Origin: Botryllus schlosseri
Taxonomy: Eukaryota
Length of the DNA stretch: 64,000 bases
NCBI GenBank assembly: GCA_051294905.1
Contig: CM119373.1
Span: 1,676,001-1,740,000, forward strand
Direction of reading: 5' to 3'
Part shown: positions 39,637 through 53,669 of the stretch, piece after piece
Numbering within the stretch: the first letter of the stretch is position 1
Layout: the number at the start of each line of letters is the position of its first letter
The notes under the pieces: model-generated
What the model was told of the DNA's origin: nothing
The model's input: only the letters and a program-made list of their open reading frames with translations
Database searches by the model: none
Translations under genes and position numbers: made by a program

Positions 39637-39956
39637 ACGGAAAAACTACAATCCAACAGTGCAGGAAAATACTAATGGATCAACTTGATGTCATGATGGA
39701 ACATGGTACCATAACAGACATTCAAACAATCAAGCTCCTTAGTGAATGTGGAGATGATACTATGAATAGTGTGAAGACAAAAGTACAAAGAATCGTCATC
39801 GAGCTTCCATACTTGCTGCAGAATGATCGCATAATATTGGCTTCAATGATAAAAAGATTATCACCTCTCGCCAAAGTGAAGTTCAAGCAATTCCATTTGG
39901 AGCCATCCTTGATTCAACCCGTGAAAGGATTCCTTCCTTTTGTTGATGTTTTTGAG
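39637..39956 (+). CDS. NLR HD2 / LRR-start exon (NGKTTIQQCRKIL...IKLLSECGDD...FVDVFE)
   Basis: tttaacag acceptor, phase 1 matches the previous exon; gtaatg donor, phase 0; 320 nt within ORF 39555..39968. Confidence 0.85.
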
Positions 39957-40279
39957 GTAATGTCATGATTAGGACAGCCGAATCGTGGAATTGGATCTGC
40001 ATGCAATCATTCCAAATTATTCACTCGTTGACAAAATGGTTGATTTCATTTGTAATTTACTAACTAGTATAATAATATTGAAATGCACCCGAATATTTTC
40101 GGTAGACACTCGTCAGGGGTCATCGTCAGCAACTAGCAGTAAGTATTTCTTTCGGAATGTGCGATCTTTCATGCCTGCTACGGAATAATATCATAGTAAT
40201 GACTTTGATCATTAGAAAAGCATTCACATTTTAGGGATGTGATTTCATTTTTACAAAGTTTCTTTGTTGTTAGATCTAA

Positions 40280-43200
40280 TATGTGCTACACGTCGGTGGT
40301 TTGCTTCATTCCAAATAATCAGCACGGATAAGAGCCCTGATGTGCAAAATGATTCTTCAGCTCACCGAATCCTCATACAAGTTACTTCACTCTATATATG
40401 CCACTTCATCTTTGATTCAAACAACCAATGAAATCGATCCTGCTGAGGAACGAATAGATCCAATTGATTATGTGACCAAGCCCAATTTTAAAATCACTCC
40501 TTCCCTACAAACCATATCGTACGCCTTCTCAAAGTTGATAAAAACAGCTAATACGGATCTCTTGTTCCATATTGACTTGTATACATTATCGTGTATAGAC
40601 ACATCATGCATTCAGTGGTCGATCTTCCTGGTATTAAATTACTCTGGTTGATGTTGAAAAAATTACTATCTGTGAGCCACTAATTTAACCTTTCAGTTAC
40701 AATTCTTTCCCTAATTTTGCATAGGTTGCTGGTAAGCGAGATTGATCGGTAGGATGGCGCAGCGTTAATTGGTTTACGCTGTTTTAGCAGAGGAATGATT
40801 ATGGAATGTCTCCAAGAGTCTGAGCACTGTTGAGATGTGCAACATTTGTTTATAGATTTCAGTAGTTTAACTAAGCAATCTGTGCCCAAATCCAATATCA
40901 TCTTTGAGCATTAGGGTTGTCCAAAATTTGGAAAATCTCAAGAATGATGGGTATCAATGTCTCATTCTATAGATTATTGATAAAAAACCGCAATGAGCCT
41001 GGAATAAGCTCACAGGAAAGTTGTTAAGATTTGTCGCAAAGCGTTTGAAAGTAGCTACCGACGAGTGGGCGTACCAGCGACCATAGAACGGCAACAAGAC
41101 TAGTAATCACGAAATCACGGCTCTCGATTGGCTAATCGGCTATGCTTCAGTGATCACAACGGTAGTGGCTTGCTGATCAGTTGTTAAAGGAGTCTACTAA
41201 CGGCGGTGATTCTGTAAGCGCATTGTAGGTTGGTTGGCAGATAATGATTTAAGATTGATTCAGGACATGTTGAGTGACTAGATACATGATAATGAACAAA
41301 CAACAGCTACTTCACACAAACTTAAAGCATGACTGGCTTACTGTGAAGGAAACCGCCGTAGCTTACACATGTCTGTTTTGACCGATGGATAGCACAGAAC
41401 ATGCGGAGAAATATTGCAAAGGCGCTTATGCAAGAGGCGAACGAATTTCTTGTCTCAGAAGAGATGCATCATAGTTGAATACAAATATAAAGCTTAACAA
41501 TGACACTACTTGGTCTGATCTTATTAGGCTCCAGTCGTGCTGTATAACTCAAGTCTTGAATGCTCTAAGGATTGGCTGAATCAGTTTTATGCTGTGGACT
41601 TATTAAACTCTTACAGCAAAATGAATTCACTGGTTGAATTCACTGGTAAGTGTTGTCAAAGTCGTCAATGAGGCCGTAGAAAGAGGTGTAGAGGTAAGCA
41701 CAGACTATGCTGGATTGCTGGTATGACCAGCAAAAATACAGTACATCTTAGCATGTCCTGAAGAAATCTTGAATCATTACCGGCTGTAACACTACAAATC
41801 CTGGAATGTAAAACGAGCTTAAAATGCAATGAAGCAGTGCGATAGTTACATTTCTTCGTGGTTCCACCAAGCTATATGGTCGGCCAATATAACATCTTCT
41901 GAGCAGATAAGATTTTGTGCGGCATCCATCTCACGTATGGTGTGCTGTACCAGTTTGCGATGACTAATATACTTTACTTACGCCCAGTCTGACGTATTTG
42001 CAACCATAACTAGGTATTTCTTGGATTTATATCTAGTTCTCAAAGAGCACAATCATTCGCCGTTTCACCTCTGTCATGCCTGCAATTCTCTGAGGCTAAG
42101 TTAAGCTATGCAATCAAACTGTCTTTTTAATGGGCATAATAGCATAGTCTGTGCTTATACCTTTTAACTCTTTGTGCGGCATCATTGACGACTTTGACAG
42201 TCCCCAGCATATACGGCTGATTCAGCCAATCCTTAGGGCATTCAAGACTTCAAATATACCACGACTGGAACCTAATAAGATCAGACAAAGTATAGTGTCA
42301 TTGTTCAGTTTTATATTTGTATTCAATGATGATGCATCCCTTCTGAAACAAGAAATTCGTTCACCACTTGCATAAGAGCCTTTGCAATATTTCTCCGCAG
42401 GTTATGTGCTATCCATCGGTCAAAACAGACATGTAGGCTACGGCGGTTTCCTTCACAGTAAGTAAGCCTGTCATGCTTAAAGTTTGTGGGAAGTAGCCGC
42501 TGTTTGTTCATCATCACGTATCTAGTCACTGAACATGTCCTGCATCAATCTTAAATCCTGATATGCCAACCAACCTACAATGCGCTTACAGAATCACCGC
42601 CGTTAGTAGACTCCTTTAACAACTGATCAGCAAGCCACTGCCGTCGTGATCATTGAAGCATAGCTGATTAGCCAATCGAGAGCCGTGATTTCGTGATTAC
42701 TAGTCTTGATTCCGTTCTATGGTCGCTAGCACGCCCACTCGTCGGTAGCTACTTTCAAACGCTTTGCGACAAATCTTAACGACGTTCCTGTGAGCTTATT
42801 CCAGGCTCATTGTTGTTTTTTATCAATAATCTATAGAATGAGACATTGATACCCATCATTCTTGAGATTTTCCAAATTTTGGACAACCCTATTGAGCATA
42901 GTCTTACTTGAACCGGAGATGTGTTTTTCCGCGCTTCAGGATTCTTTTGGAACTCTTCCCAAGTGAATGGAGAATTGATATCCTGACTGTCTATTATATT
43001 CTTGTGCAATGCACACTGAATTTCCCTTTCTACCGCGCACCGAGAATGTTCGATGGTTCAGGATTACGGTCGCGACATGCTGATGCAAAGTGGCGAGCGA
43101 GCTCCTTTGCTTTGTCGATGTCCTCAATCAGTATTCCATTGGAAGAGTCAATGTTTTCGAGATAGGCATTGATCGAATAATCCTCCAAACTTGTGATGAT

Positions 43201-43600
43201 TTCGAGTTGCTCGTAAGTCCGTTGCAAAACTTCCTCCAGAAATCTAGTTTGGTTGTGAGTATCGTTCTCATCGCTATGGCCTACTGACGTCGGAAATTAA
43301 TCATTTCTCTCATGCGGAAAGTTTATTTCGTTTTTAAGTATGCCACCTCTTTAAGTCGCATAGCTTTTGAGCATTCCTTGTTTCACCAAGGAACGTTTTC
43401 CGATTTGGTGAAGGTTTGGTCATCGGGATAGTTTCAGTGGTTGCTTGAATGGTCGCGTTAGTTACTGCGTCAATAGACAATTAATCAGGCCCTCCTGAAG
43501 CGAATGAAAAATATTTGTGTGCATTATTGTCTTTAAATTTGTCCCAATCTGCATTTCGGAATGATCAAGAGCGGTGCTTTTCAACCTGTGTGGCAGTTCT
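40280..43600 (-). mobile_element. Decayed LINE (I/Jockey-group-like RT region) interrupted by a long-TIR element
   Basis: WRHSIIIPLLK...SYRSISLTSNLCKIRERIV (40680..40901); INSPFTWEE, DKAKELARHFAS, VPW; frame is restored when 40912-42899 is removed; outer limits approximate. Confidence 0.85.
40912..42891. mobile_element. Foldback-like hAT element with about 750-800-bp inverted arms
   Basis: Arms at about 40912-41711 and 42141-42891 are reverse complements; terminal TAGGGTTGTCC; perfect 8-bp TSD TTGAGCAT. Confidence 0.92.
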
Positions 43601-45295
43601 CACTTGTGCGAATGAAAAAACTGAAGCGCGAATGACGAAGGTGGTGAAAATGGTGCGAATGAAAATCGTGAATAAATTTTTAAATTTTCTGACGTGGAAT
43701 TATTTAAATAAAGGTAGTGAGCTCAAATGCGCCTACTTTCCTTACCATATTTTTCAAGACAGAAGGCAAAATGTCTCAATACAAACATGTGAATTTTTAC
43801 CCTTTCGACAAACTGGAACCTCCGACACATCTGTGTCAGCTCTCAAAAACGGTTTCTGCCAGCAAGCATTATTCCCATGCGAAAAATATGCTGTATTTGG
43901 ATAGGAATGCAGAACAGATTTTAAGACCTGGCTGGTCGTGATACAATCTGGTTCGGAGGAATGTAGACGTTCATAATGGAAATTTACCCCTGCTCTGATA
44001 GCTAACGTTTCTACTGGAACAATCTCTCCCATGTTTATATCGCTAAAAATTTATCTCACATTATATAAAGAAACAAATTTCACCACCGTGGATATTTCGG
44101 TCTTTCCTCAATGAATTGTAATTCGTAATGTTTGGTGCGTATTTGGTTACAAGTCGAGTCGTTTGTGACGCAAATGGTAACTGGTTTCGATGAAATGCTT
44201 AACAGTAGAACGACCCGAACTTTGAACTACCAAGTGGTTTTTGACGCATGTGGAATTTTTTCCGATTAAATGCATTCAGGGGAGCTAAAAATCAGCACAA
44301 AGAACAACAAACGGCATCCGAAACCATTGTTCATTGCTCGCAGCTACTTGCAATATTTTAGACACACTTTAGTGCAACACTTATAATAAATCGCCGTTTT
44401 TGAGTGTGACATATCAGTGTTGTTCTGGTGCGCATTTGGTATTTGAGCATGGTCTTTAAGAAATTGGAGTAGGTTTATCATCATTTATGGTTCTTGCTGA
44501 CATATCACAATGCTCATCAACTAGGATTTGCATAATGCAATCTCGCGACTAATACTTGATTTGGTATTTTTATAGTATCGGCGTTTTGGCAAGTAGTAGA
44601 TCAATCACATTCTAAGAAAACATGCATGGACCATCGTCGACTTGCTGGTACCCTTAGAAAATACTGCCTTACCACCTGGTCAATAATATCCCCATGGCTT
44701 TGTTTTGTTATAACCTTTAACCGCCACTGGTTTCATGTTTGTGTTGTTTCTGAAGGAAACAGTTACCTACGGTTGAAGTGGGCTCAATGTCTATGTGTAC
44801 AACTTCGATCTCTACTACACTTGCATCTCGCCTTATCGACGAGATGATATTTTTTAAAGTGTGGCTACATGAAGCTGCTTGGCCTGGGTAGCTTAATTCA
44901 AGCAACTTCTGTCAATAGTGTCAACTGCGATTTCTTTTTTTCACCAAGCGTATACAGCCACATTCACGCAACATTGTAGAAGATGTGTCCTGTCTTATCC
45001 TTGCCTAAATATGAGACGGCCTTGTACAAATACTTGATAGCAGCAGCATGAAGCCTCTGAAATTTTACCAATTATTTTTTGGCATTTTCACCATGTAATA
45101 ATTGAAAACTTCCATAAACATGCTCCTTGAGAGGGTCTGAATAACCATAATGCACTCAGTCCTAATATGCACTCAATTTACTAGATCAAGCCCCCTCTCC
45201 GATGATCGATCTCGTAGACTAGAGAAGATGCCCTTCGCCCTTGTATAACCCTGGTATATTAGAATGGACTATAAAGATGTCGGCTTGGTCTAGTG

Positions 45296-46517
45296 CAGGG
45301 GTTCTCAGCCCTTTCTTGGCCGTGGCCCATTTTCAAGTTTGAAAATGTGCTGTGGCCCTCATTTTATTTTGGAGCAATAATTCTGTTCAATGCGTGGTAA
45401 TCGACAGCGTGGATATGCCCATTTCTCTTAAATATGCACATTTTTCTCATAATTTACTGATGTATACCTCTCGGCCCATGAAATCACACGAACCGCGACG
45501 AAAATTTTCATGTCTAATGAATATCCTCTAACAAACGACCAACGAAATAATCTTGAGCACCTTCGAGCTCCCGCGATTGGAGGTTTGGGTGCAGAAAAGA
45601 CGGCCTTGGTAGATCATATGCTAACACATTGTGTATATTATGCTCGTCCGCTGCTCCATTCGCGTCGCGAAACACAATGATCAAATCCACGCATCCGCTG
45701 TGTGATTGGGATTTTAGTTCCACTATTGTGAGGAATAATATAATCATTCTGGGTCAGCTTCAATCAATTCATTGCTGAATGGGGTACTACAGAAAAGTGG
45801 CAAGCGATTCATTGAATATGCATGCTGTACAATGCACAATGTATGTCTTGTACCAAACCAACTTAAGTTGCGTTGTCAGAATATTCAATTCAGAAATTCA
45901 ATAATTTTCATGTCTCTTGAATTATGTAAATTGATTTCTAGGGCGGACATTTAAAACCGACTCCAAGGATTAATGCGCTCCGCTAAATCCTTAATCCATT
46001 ACGATTCGTTGCGGTGGTCCAGATACCTCCACCAGAAGTTTCTAATACTTTTTAATGACGGCTATTTTTATCTTACAATAATACGATGACTTGTCTAAGT
46101 ACAGTAAATCTATACCTCTATTGCACTTCATTCCGAGATTATTGCACACCCCTCTTTCAACGGCATACGACATATGACCCTGCCGCAATACTTGGTTACT
46201 TCAGCATTACCTTCCAATTATTATATACTCGAAATAATTTTAGTTGCTGTTCGCCGTAGGTTGTCATAGCTAGTGGAAAAAGCCGCCGTTTCTCCCTCCC
46301 GATTTTGACTTGAACATGCTGACTCCTTACGTGCCTCTAAGTCGCATCAGATTCGGATGAAAAACTTTACGTAGCCTACGTATAATTGGATAATATGAAT
46401 AGATTTATAGCGATTAGCATAACAAATATAACTAAACTTACATTAATTCTAAAAAATTTCAAATAGCTTTGTGGCCCACCTCAAATGCTCCTGTGGCCCA
46501 CCCTTTGAGAACCCCTG
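45296..46517. mobile_element. hAT (Charlie-like) non-autonomous family F
   Basis: TIR CAGGGGTTCTCA / TGAGAACCCCTG; perfect TSD GTCTAGTG; homologous to 58600-59784. Confidence 0.9.
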
Positions 46518-47572
46518 GTCTAGTGGTACATTTCAATTGGCATGTCCTGTAACACGCTGAGCTTCAGTAATATAATATTACAGAGACTCGATGACTCGGA
46601 AAGAGGAAGATAGACTTCCTTACAAGGGATATTGTTGCTAATACAGTTAGACCAAGATACATAACGAGTGTCAAGAATGTGAAAATGCGATGCTTTGCGG
46701 TAAAAATCCTGTAATGTGTCAAAAAAGCCTAGGTTCTAGTACTTCTGTGTAAAACTTTTTTATTTGTACTAGACGAGTGATGAAAATCATAGGTAAGGTG
46801 GCCCACATAAATATATATTAAATTCAAGAAGTTTCAGCTGAACACTGCAGGATTTGACTGAATGCCAGCTCTTCAAAAATGAAAATGCGTCAATGTTCGT
46901 ACTAGTGTTAAACTCGTTTACTAAGGCGCCCTCTGACTCTTATTCAGTGTATTTAGGTAAGTTACACCTACTAAGGTCCATGCTATTTGTCTCCTTTGCA
47001 GCTGCAAATTGCGTTGTTTGCGATGACGTGGACAAGTTAGGAACATATTTATGTATATCTCGAGGCTGTTACATCGAAATGTGTGCGCTAGCAGGTGCTA
47101 ATATGATCGTATTATTGGTGTACCCTTCGTCAACAATACGTTGTACAGACGTGGACATTGCATGGTATGTCGAAATTTTCCCGGGGTATTGAGCGATAAT
47201 GGCGTCAATTTGCTGTTTTTTTTTCATCCGCTATGTATAGGAGCTTATCCTGCATAACCTCGGCTATAAAGTAGAATAATGGGCACTTCTTCTCACTCAT
47301 TCCCCACACATCCAGAAGTGATCACCATGAAACCAATAAATGATTTCAATGAACATGTGAAAATTTATCAACGTCAAAATACAATGACCTTTTTGACGCA
47401 CCATCACATTGAAAGCTACCCCCTGCAGGGTCTACTACGTGAATTTTACGCCAAGACGGGTTGAACCAAAGGTATAGTAATTGGAACTCAATCTTTATAA
47501 ATACATTGTAACTGTCTACCGTACCTTGTCGGCACAGCATTCTTCCCCAAACGACTTCTTCCGCCAACACGG

Positions 47573-48496
47573 CAGTGTTGGGATCAAGTCACTACCTTCG
47601 AGTCACGAGTCATTTCGAGTCATTGCACATTTTGACTCGAGTCAAGTCAAGTCAATCGATTTTCAAAGGTGACTCGAGTCAAGTCAAGTCACTCGATTTT
47701 TGGAGGTGACTCGAGTCAAGTCGAGTCAAGTCAAGTCAAGTCACGAGTCAAGTCACAATTCAAGTCAAGTTGCCTTTTCGAAGTAGGAGGCATGATAACG
47801 TCATTGCATTTTGCTAGCTGTCTGAAATACAGAATGAGTAGTCATTGATTTTGAACCGATGAACGAATATAAAGTTAAATATACATGCAAGAAGGTGGTG
47901 TATCGCTTACATAAGAACTGCTAAACCTCAGTTTATAGTTACCAGCCAAGATAGAGAATATATAGCCTACGAATTGATAAGATGCAATACATTACGCATT
48001 TACAAATCGATATGATACAATTCGAGCCTGCGCCAATGGTTGAGGACTATATAAACTATATTCGAATTCAGTTTCAATAAAACAAGAAGCTTGATTAAGG
48101 TAAAACAGAGAATAGAAATTACTTTACTATACTAGTTTACGACAACGTAAGCTGTAAGCTTCGATCACTTCGTTTGCGGTCAATGTATTTATGAGAGAAC
48201 AGTGGAGGCTCAGTAAAACGCACGTTCATTAATTAATTGGTCGCTCTCACGGGTTACACAAACGTTTCGCGAACATATGCAAGATCCAGTGATTTTGATC
48301 GACACCGATTACTTGATGACTTGTAATTGACTCGTGAATTTTGCTCCGAGTCACGAGTCAATCCCCATTTCTGATAGGCCGAGTCAAGTCAAGTCAAGTC
48401 ATTTTAGCAAAGTGACTCGAGTCAAGTCAAGTCATACGAAAAAGGTGACTCGAGTCTGACTCGAGTCAAGTCATGACTCGAGTCATCCCAACACTG
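47573..48496. mobile_element. hAT MITE family E, uninterrupted copy
   Basis: TIR CAGTGTTGGGAT; perfect TSD CAACACGG; CAAGT arrays. Confidence 0.92.
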
Positions 48497-49416
48497 CAAC
48501 ACGGTAAATAGCACTTTCTGGAAAATGATCAGAGCAGATGACCAACGATTCTGCTAGCAACCAGTCTTTTCTTCTAATACATTCTATCCATATTTCTTTC
48601 AGGGATTCATTTGGTAGGAAAGCTGCATTGTACGGGTCATTCTATCAGTTCACAAGCAATTGTATAAAGCAAAGCACACCAAATTGACCATTCTTTGTTA
48701 TAACGATGATAAAAGTAGCAGGAACATAAGTGAAATTATTTTGTTTGATTCAATTGTATCTGTTACTTTGTACCCCAGATAGATAGGCTGTTAGGTAATC
48801 TTCTAAATCCAAAGCTAAAGGTAAATCTAGAAAAACAATTGTTCGAATAAATCGAACGCCTCGCACACACAGAGGTATAATTACCTCAACTACAGAATTT
48901 GCAATTTGAACAGTACCGTATTGTGCGGCATCTGGCATCAGAAAAAGATGAAAAAGACGTTCATTTCTTAACTATGCTGGGCAAAACCCATAGGCCGTTA
49001 ATTATACCTTTCCCTCTAGTCCTATACCTCCTACCCACACAACAATTTTAAGCAAGGATTGAGTACCAACTAATTATTGGCTAAACTGCCCATACAGAAT
49101 ACAAACAGTGAGCTAAGTCGACATGCTACTACAGATACTGATGAACTGATATGGTGCAGGGACTGCAGGCATAGTCTGTTGTGATTCAGGGCTTTGGAAC
49201 CGGAGCCCCGGAGCCGTGCATTTTCACTGGAGCTGGAGTCGGAGCAGGAGCTAAACATAAAATTCAGCCGGAGCTGGAGCCCGCTATTTGAGGAGTAGCT
49301 CCGGCTCCGACGTATTTCATAAGATGCTGTTCTATATGCAACAACCACATCTGCTGATCTATCATAATTGAACAGCAGGCCTGAATTTTAATGCTGTTCA
49401 CAGCAATGGGATAGAG

Positions 49417-50981
49417 CAAGGGTCGGCAACCTACGGCCCGCGGGCCGGATCCGGCCCGGCAAGCGAAATCGTCCCGCCCACGACATAATAATTAGTTATC
49501 ACAAGAATACGGCCCCACGTTTCATAATGAGTTTCAATCTGCAGTGCAGCACTGCATGAAAAGAATGAGGCATTGCTACGATATAATAGTAGCCTACATC
49601 GTATTAGTCTACTGGTATGCCATGAAACGAAGGTGGTTGAAGTAGGAGATGGAGATAGACTAGACTGCCATCAGTGCTTATCAATCGGGTGTATTTCGCA
49701 ACCGAAGGTGTTCCATACTTCTTTAAAGGGTTTACCACTCTAACGGGGTGTGACAATAAAGGTGTCCTTCCTTTGCTTCAAAAACGCTTGGAACATCTCA
49801 GACGCAATGACGGAATTTTAAACTGTTCAATTATAGATAACCATAGCCTCCGTATGTTAGTCAGCCTATATCTATAGTTTAATTCTCCAGAAGGCATTTT
49901 GTGCCAAGACAACAAACCTGGATAGTGTTTTGGCCACAATGGTGAAAACTGTTAATATGATTTTTGTCTCATTAACTGAATCAGATACGCCAGTTAGTAC
50001 TAGAAGCAGAGAATCAATATAGCGATGTCCTGTATAGGCCTATAACTGTCATGCAGCTATGCATACACGAGTGTATGAACTGAGAAATGAAATAGCAATT
50101 TTCCTCGAAAACACTAATATCGCCGACTCATAATCTTGTAATCGAAAATGGGTGTCTAATCTTGCTTTCCTTTTTCATTTAATGTCACATCTGAACAAAT
50201 TGAATTTGTAACTTAAGGGAAAAACAACTAAATACGTGAGATGTTGAGGCGCATTCAAAACAAATCTGTGACTCTGGAAATGTCAACAGTACAAATAAAA
50301 TTATGCTCACTTTCCTATACTGAAGGAGAGAAAACCTAGTACCAACACTACATTTGTAACTGTGATACGAAATTTAACTACTGAATATTCACCCGCTTTT
50401 CCGACATTCCTTCTCTACAAAATGAAATCTGACTATTCAGTAGTCCGTTTAATGTGGACGCCAATACCATTGCCTGAAAATTTCGAATGTGCCTTTCTGA
50501 AAGGCGATGCAGTTGAATTGAATGACAAATTTCATACAAAGAGCATATCGATGCATGACTTTGACGAAGAGAAATTGATCTTTATGCCAGCTTGACCAAC
50601 AATGCAAAAGAAATTGCATCGATTTTTGGAAGCACGTGCGCATGTGAACAATAGTTTTGAACAATGAAATTCACGAAGAGCAAGCTATGATCACCTATTT
50701 CGGACGTCTCTTTTAAATAGGGTCTGATTCTTGTTTCATCTGACTTGTTACCAGAAGTTGAAAACCATTCACAAAGCAAGCTGCGTCAATTGTCACATTT
50801 ATTCTGTGTTGTTGAAGTGTAAATACATGTGTCTTCTGAATGGTATGATTGAGATTGCAGCAATGTAGGATAATATATACCGAAGTGAGCATAAAATATA
50901 GTACTAAGAATTATTCCGGCCCGCCAAGAAGTTGTACGCCCGAAATTTGGCCCGCGACTAGCAAAAGGTTGCCGACCCCTG
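49417..50981 (+). mobile_element. Decayed Buster/SPIN (GTF2IRD2-like) hAT element
   Basis: TIR CAAGGGTCGGCAACC / GGTTGCCGACCCCTG; remnants RVYELRNEIAIFLE, WVSNLAFL...HLNKLNL, IASIFGSTCACEQ with stops. Confidence 0.85.
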
Positions 50982-51169
50982 ACATAGAGTAAAGTGCGTT
51001 CTAGTGCAGCAATGACGTTATCAACAATTTTCAAATATTCATTATGACGTCACATGCCGGCACCGCGGCACCTATGTCTTAGTTGCGACATCGGATGTTG
51101 CTGACGGCTGACAGACTCAAGATTACTATAGATAACTAACCTATGGGTAGATTTATAATCTATATAGAC

Positions 51170-51898
51170 CAGGAATGGCCAACCTTTTCGGCTACAGGGG
51201 CACATGCAATTGACGAACGAGTGCGCGGTCCACTAGCCGCGCCAAGCGGGTAAAATTTCAAAGTTTATAAATAAACTAGGTCGATAATATTATTACTGGA
51301 GTATATTGCGGGTCTACTGTACCGTACCTATACCGCCCGCTAGGCTCAGTTTGCAAGGACACGACTGTTCGGCGTCTGGCCACATCGATGTTGAAGGTCT
51401 CCGATGATATGCAACAATCATTTTGTGCCTACATTTCACCGTCGACGATCTTTATGCGAGCGCAAACGCGAAAATACTTTCTCCCGTAATTGCGAATACA
51501 GTTACACTCAATCGGATAAATTAGGCGTTTATTATCATTTTCGGTAGGGAGTAAGCTACGAAGCAAGAATTCGCGTGACAATTAAACACGCGAAGCGTGA
51601 AGAAAAATTTCTCTACTATTTTAGTTTATTGTAATGTACGACGATTTACTGAAAATGTGACTGGACCCTTGATCTGCCAATGCGTCGGAACTGATATATT
51701 AGTCATCAACATCCCAAGTGCCGCAGCCATATTAGTCATCAACATCCCAAGTGCCGCAGCCAGACTTGTAATTTTTGGTTGGCATTGCAAGTTCACAATC
51801 TGAGCAATTCATTTTCGATAATATAATAGGAAATTACCTCGCGGGCCAAGCAAAACCCTTTCGCGGACAACATTTGGCCCGCGGGCTGACCACCCCTG
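51170..51898. mobile_element. hAT MITE family D copy
   Basis: Perfect TSD ATATAGAC; homologous to 19222-19940. Confidence 0.88.
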
Positions 51899-53669
51899 AT
51901 ATAGACAAGCCCATTCGATAATTTCAGAGCTGGACCCGGAGCTGGAGCCGGAGCAGTGGTAATAATGCGGATCCGGAGCTAATGTACGCTAGAAGAAAGC
52001 TCCGGAGCCGGAGCTAGAGCAATTTAAATTTATGGCTGCTCCAAAGCCCTGGTGATAATACCGTCATTCATATACCTGTGACAAAATGTTCTGGTATAAT
52101 GGCAATTTCACATGGCCCATTCATTACAACTGTGGCTTATCTGGACATTGCCTGTGATGGACAGGTGAAATTTAAAATAGAAAGTAATTCAAGGATAGTC
52201 CTCCCGGTCTGCTTACCGTATTCTGCCCGTCACTCACCTGTGAAATGTTCTTGGATACCGACGCTTTACCAAGGACTCTTCATCGCTACTACCATCGCTA
52301 TTACTTCTTATATGACTCCGTGGATATATTTTTCTGCACCCATATAGGCGCAACAAACACTACCACCAGAACGAGAGATATCTTTGACATGTCGAACTAC
52401 ACAGATAACACATATATAAACACGAGAAATTGGGCTGAAACAAATCCTGAATGTTACGACAATTATTAATTCAAAGTTCCATTCGTATAAAATACTACAA
52501 ACCTATTAGGATTCAAATATAATAAAACACTGGACGCTTTTTTTTATAAGCGCCTGCACTAAATCGTCCAGCTTACTACCCACAATGCAACTGCTTCTAT
52601 TGATCACGCAAATTTGCTTAGCCTGAGATAGCAGTAGTTTTGGGCTTGGGAATAACGAAGAAGTGCCAAATAATGTTTTCAAGCGAATCGTGGTGTTTCC
52701 GTCGCTCGTAAGGGTGAGAGGTGAAGGTGCGGAGCTTTTTACATGCCAGTATGGGGCGAGCTTGGGACGTTCGATATGGAGCATTCGTGCGATGCAAGTC
52801 TTCATTAGGTTCATATGCTGATCCTGGCGAAGTAGAAAATTCGTATTGTGATTGGATATAAAGAGCCCGAGTGTCTCGCAGCTGTCTCGCCTGCAAATAA
52901 TTAAATTTTTTATCGGTCATCATTGCTTTTATCTTTGCCTTCTTCTTTACATACGCCGTAACTCTTATCTACATGCCTCATCTCACATCTGGTACATCGC
53001 TGCGCACTACGACAATGTTTGGCCTTTTGATTAGGTTACCATATTTTTGAAATCTGAAAAGAGGAAAGTTTTTCAGAATTTTCAGACTTGCAAAACCGGA
53101 GGAGAATTCTCGAAAAACGGTAAATTTTTCCGACTTTGTGGTCGGTTGACCAAAAAACGGTCAACTTTCGCCTTTCAGCTCCCGAAATACCCGCCAGAGC
53201 TTCACTTCGGTGCTGATTCACCAATTTTGCAGTAGATATGGCCTAAATTCCCCAAAAAGAGGACAAAATCTCACGGGACAAAAAGACGTCTACTAGGCTT
53301 TGATTCTCCGTCGGATCTTCACGAAAATCGACGCACTTACTCTACGCGTTGATCACTCAAGATCTGTTTCGAATCGTCATCTGACATAAAGGTTTATATC
53401 AGTAATGACTCCACGAACCTCTGGCGTTCTCACTTTATGCAGTTCGACCGGATATTCCAATTTTTGTCAGCATCTTCAAGATTATTGCAAGCCAAAAGAT
53501 TAGATAGCGGTTTGGGTTACTGCAATTTACCCAAAAAATCAACCAATGGCAAAACTTTCATTTCACTATAAGATTCATCATCATCATCATTGGTTTATTA
53601 GCAATTTTATCTGTTCAATACACCACAAAAAATGCGTTACAATGAAAAGACAGGAAGGTGTCGAAGTGA

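Larger units (their letters stand above)
49187..52051. mobile_element. hAT-type element with GGAGCC/GGAGCT subterminal repeats, hosting two nested elements
   Basis: TIR CAGGGCTTTGGA / TCCAAAGCCCTG. Confidence 0.8.

Noticed and set aside
46851..46956. Candidate extra LRR exon (DLTECQLFKNENASMF...; donor gtaagt)
   Set aside because: Starts in phase 0 but ends in phase 1, incompatible with the next phase-0 exon unless another exon is missing; weak acceptor.
47573..48496. CAAGT / GACTCGAGTC arrays, and similar TTCTAA (14200-15440), AAGTAG (22090-23340) and GGAGCC (49200-52020) arrays, as CRISPR-like or satellite repeats
   Set aside because: No unique spacers of regular length; they are subterminal repeats of TIR/TSD-bounded hAT elements.
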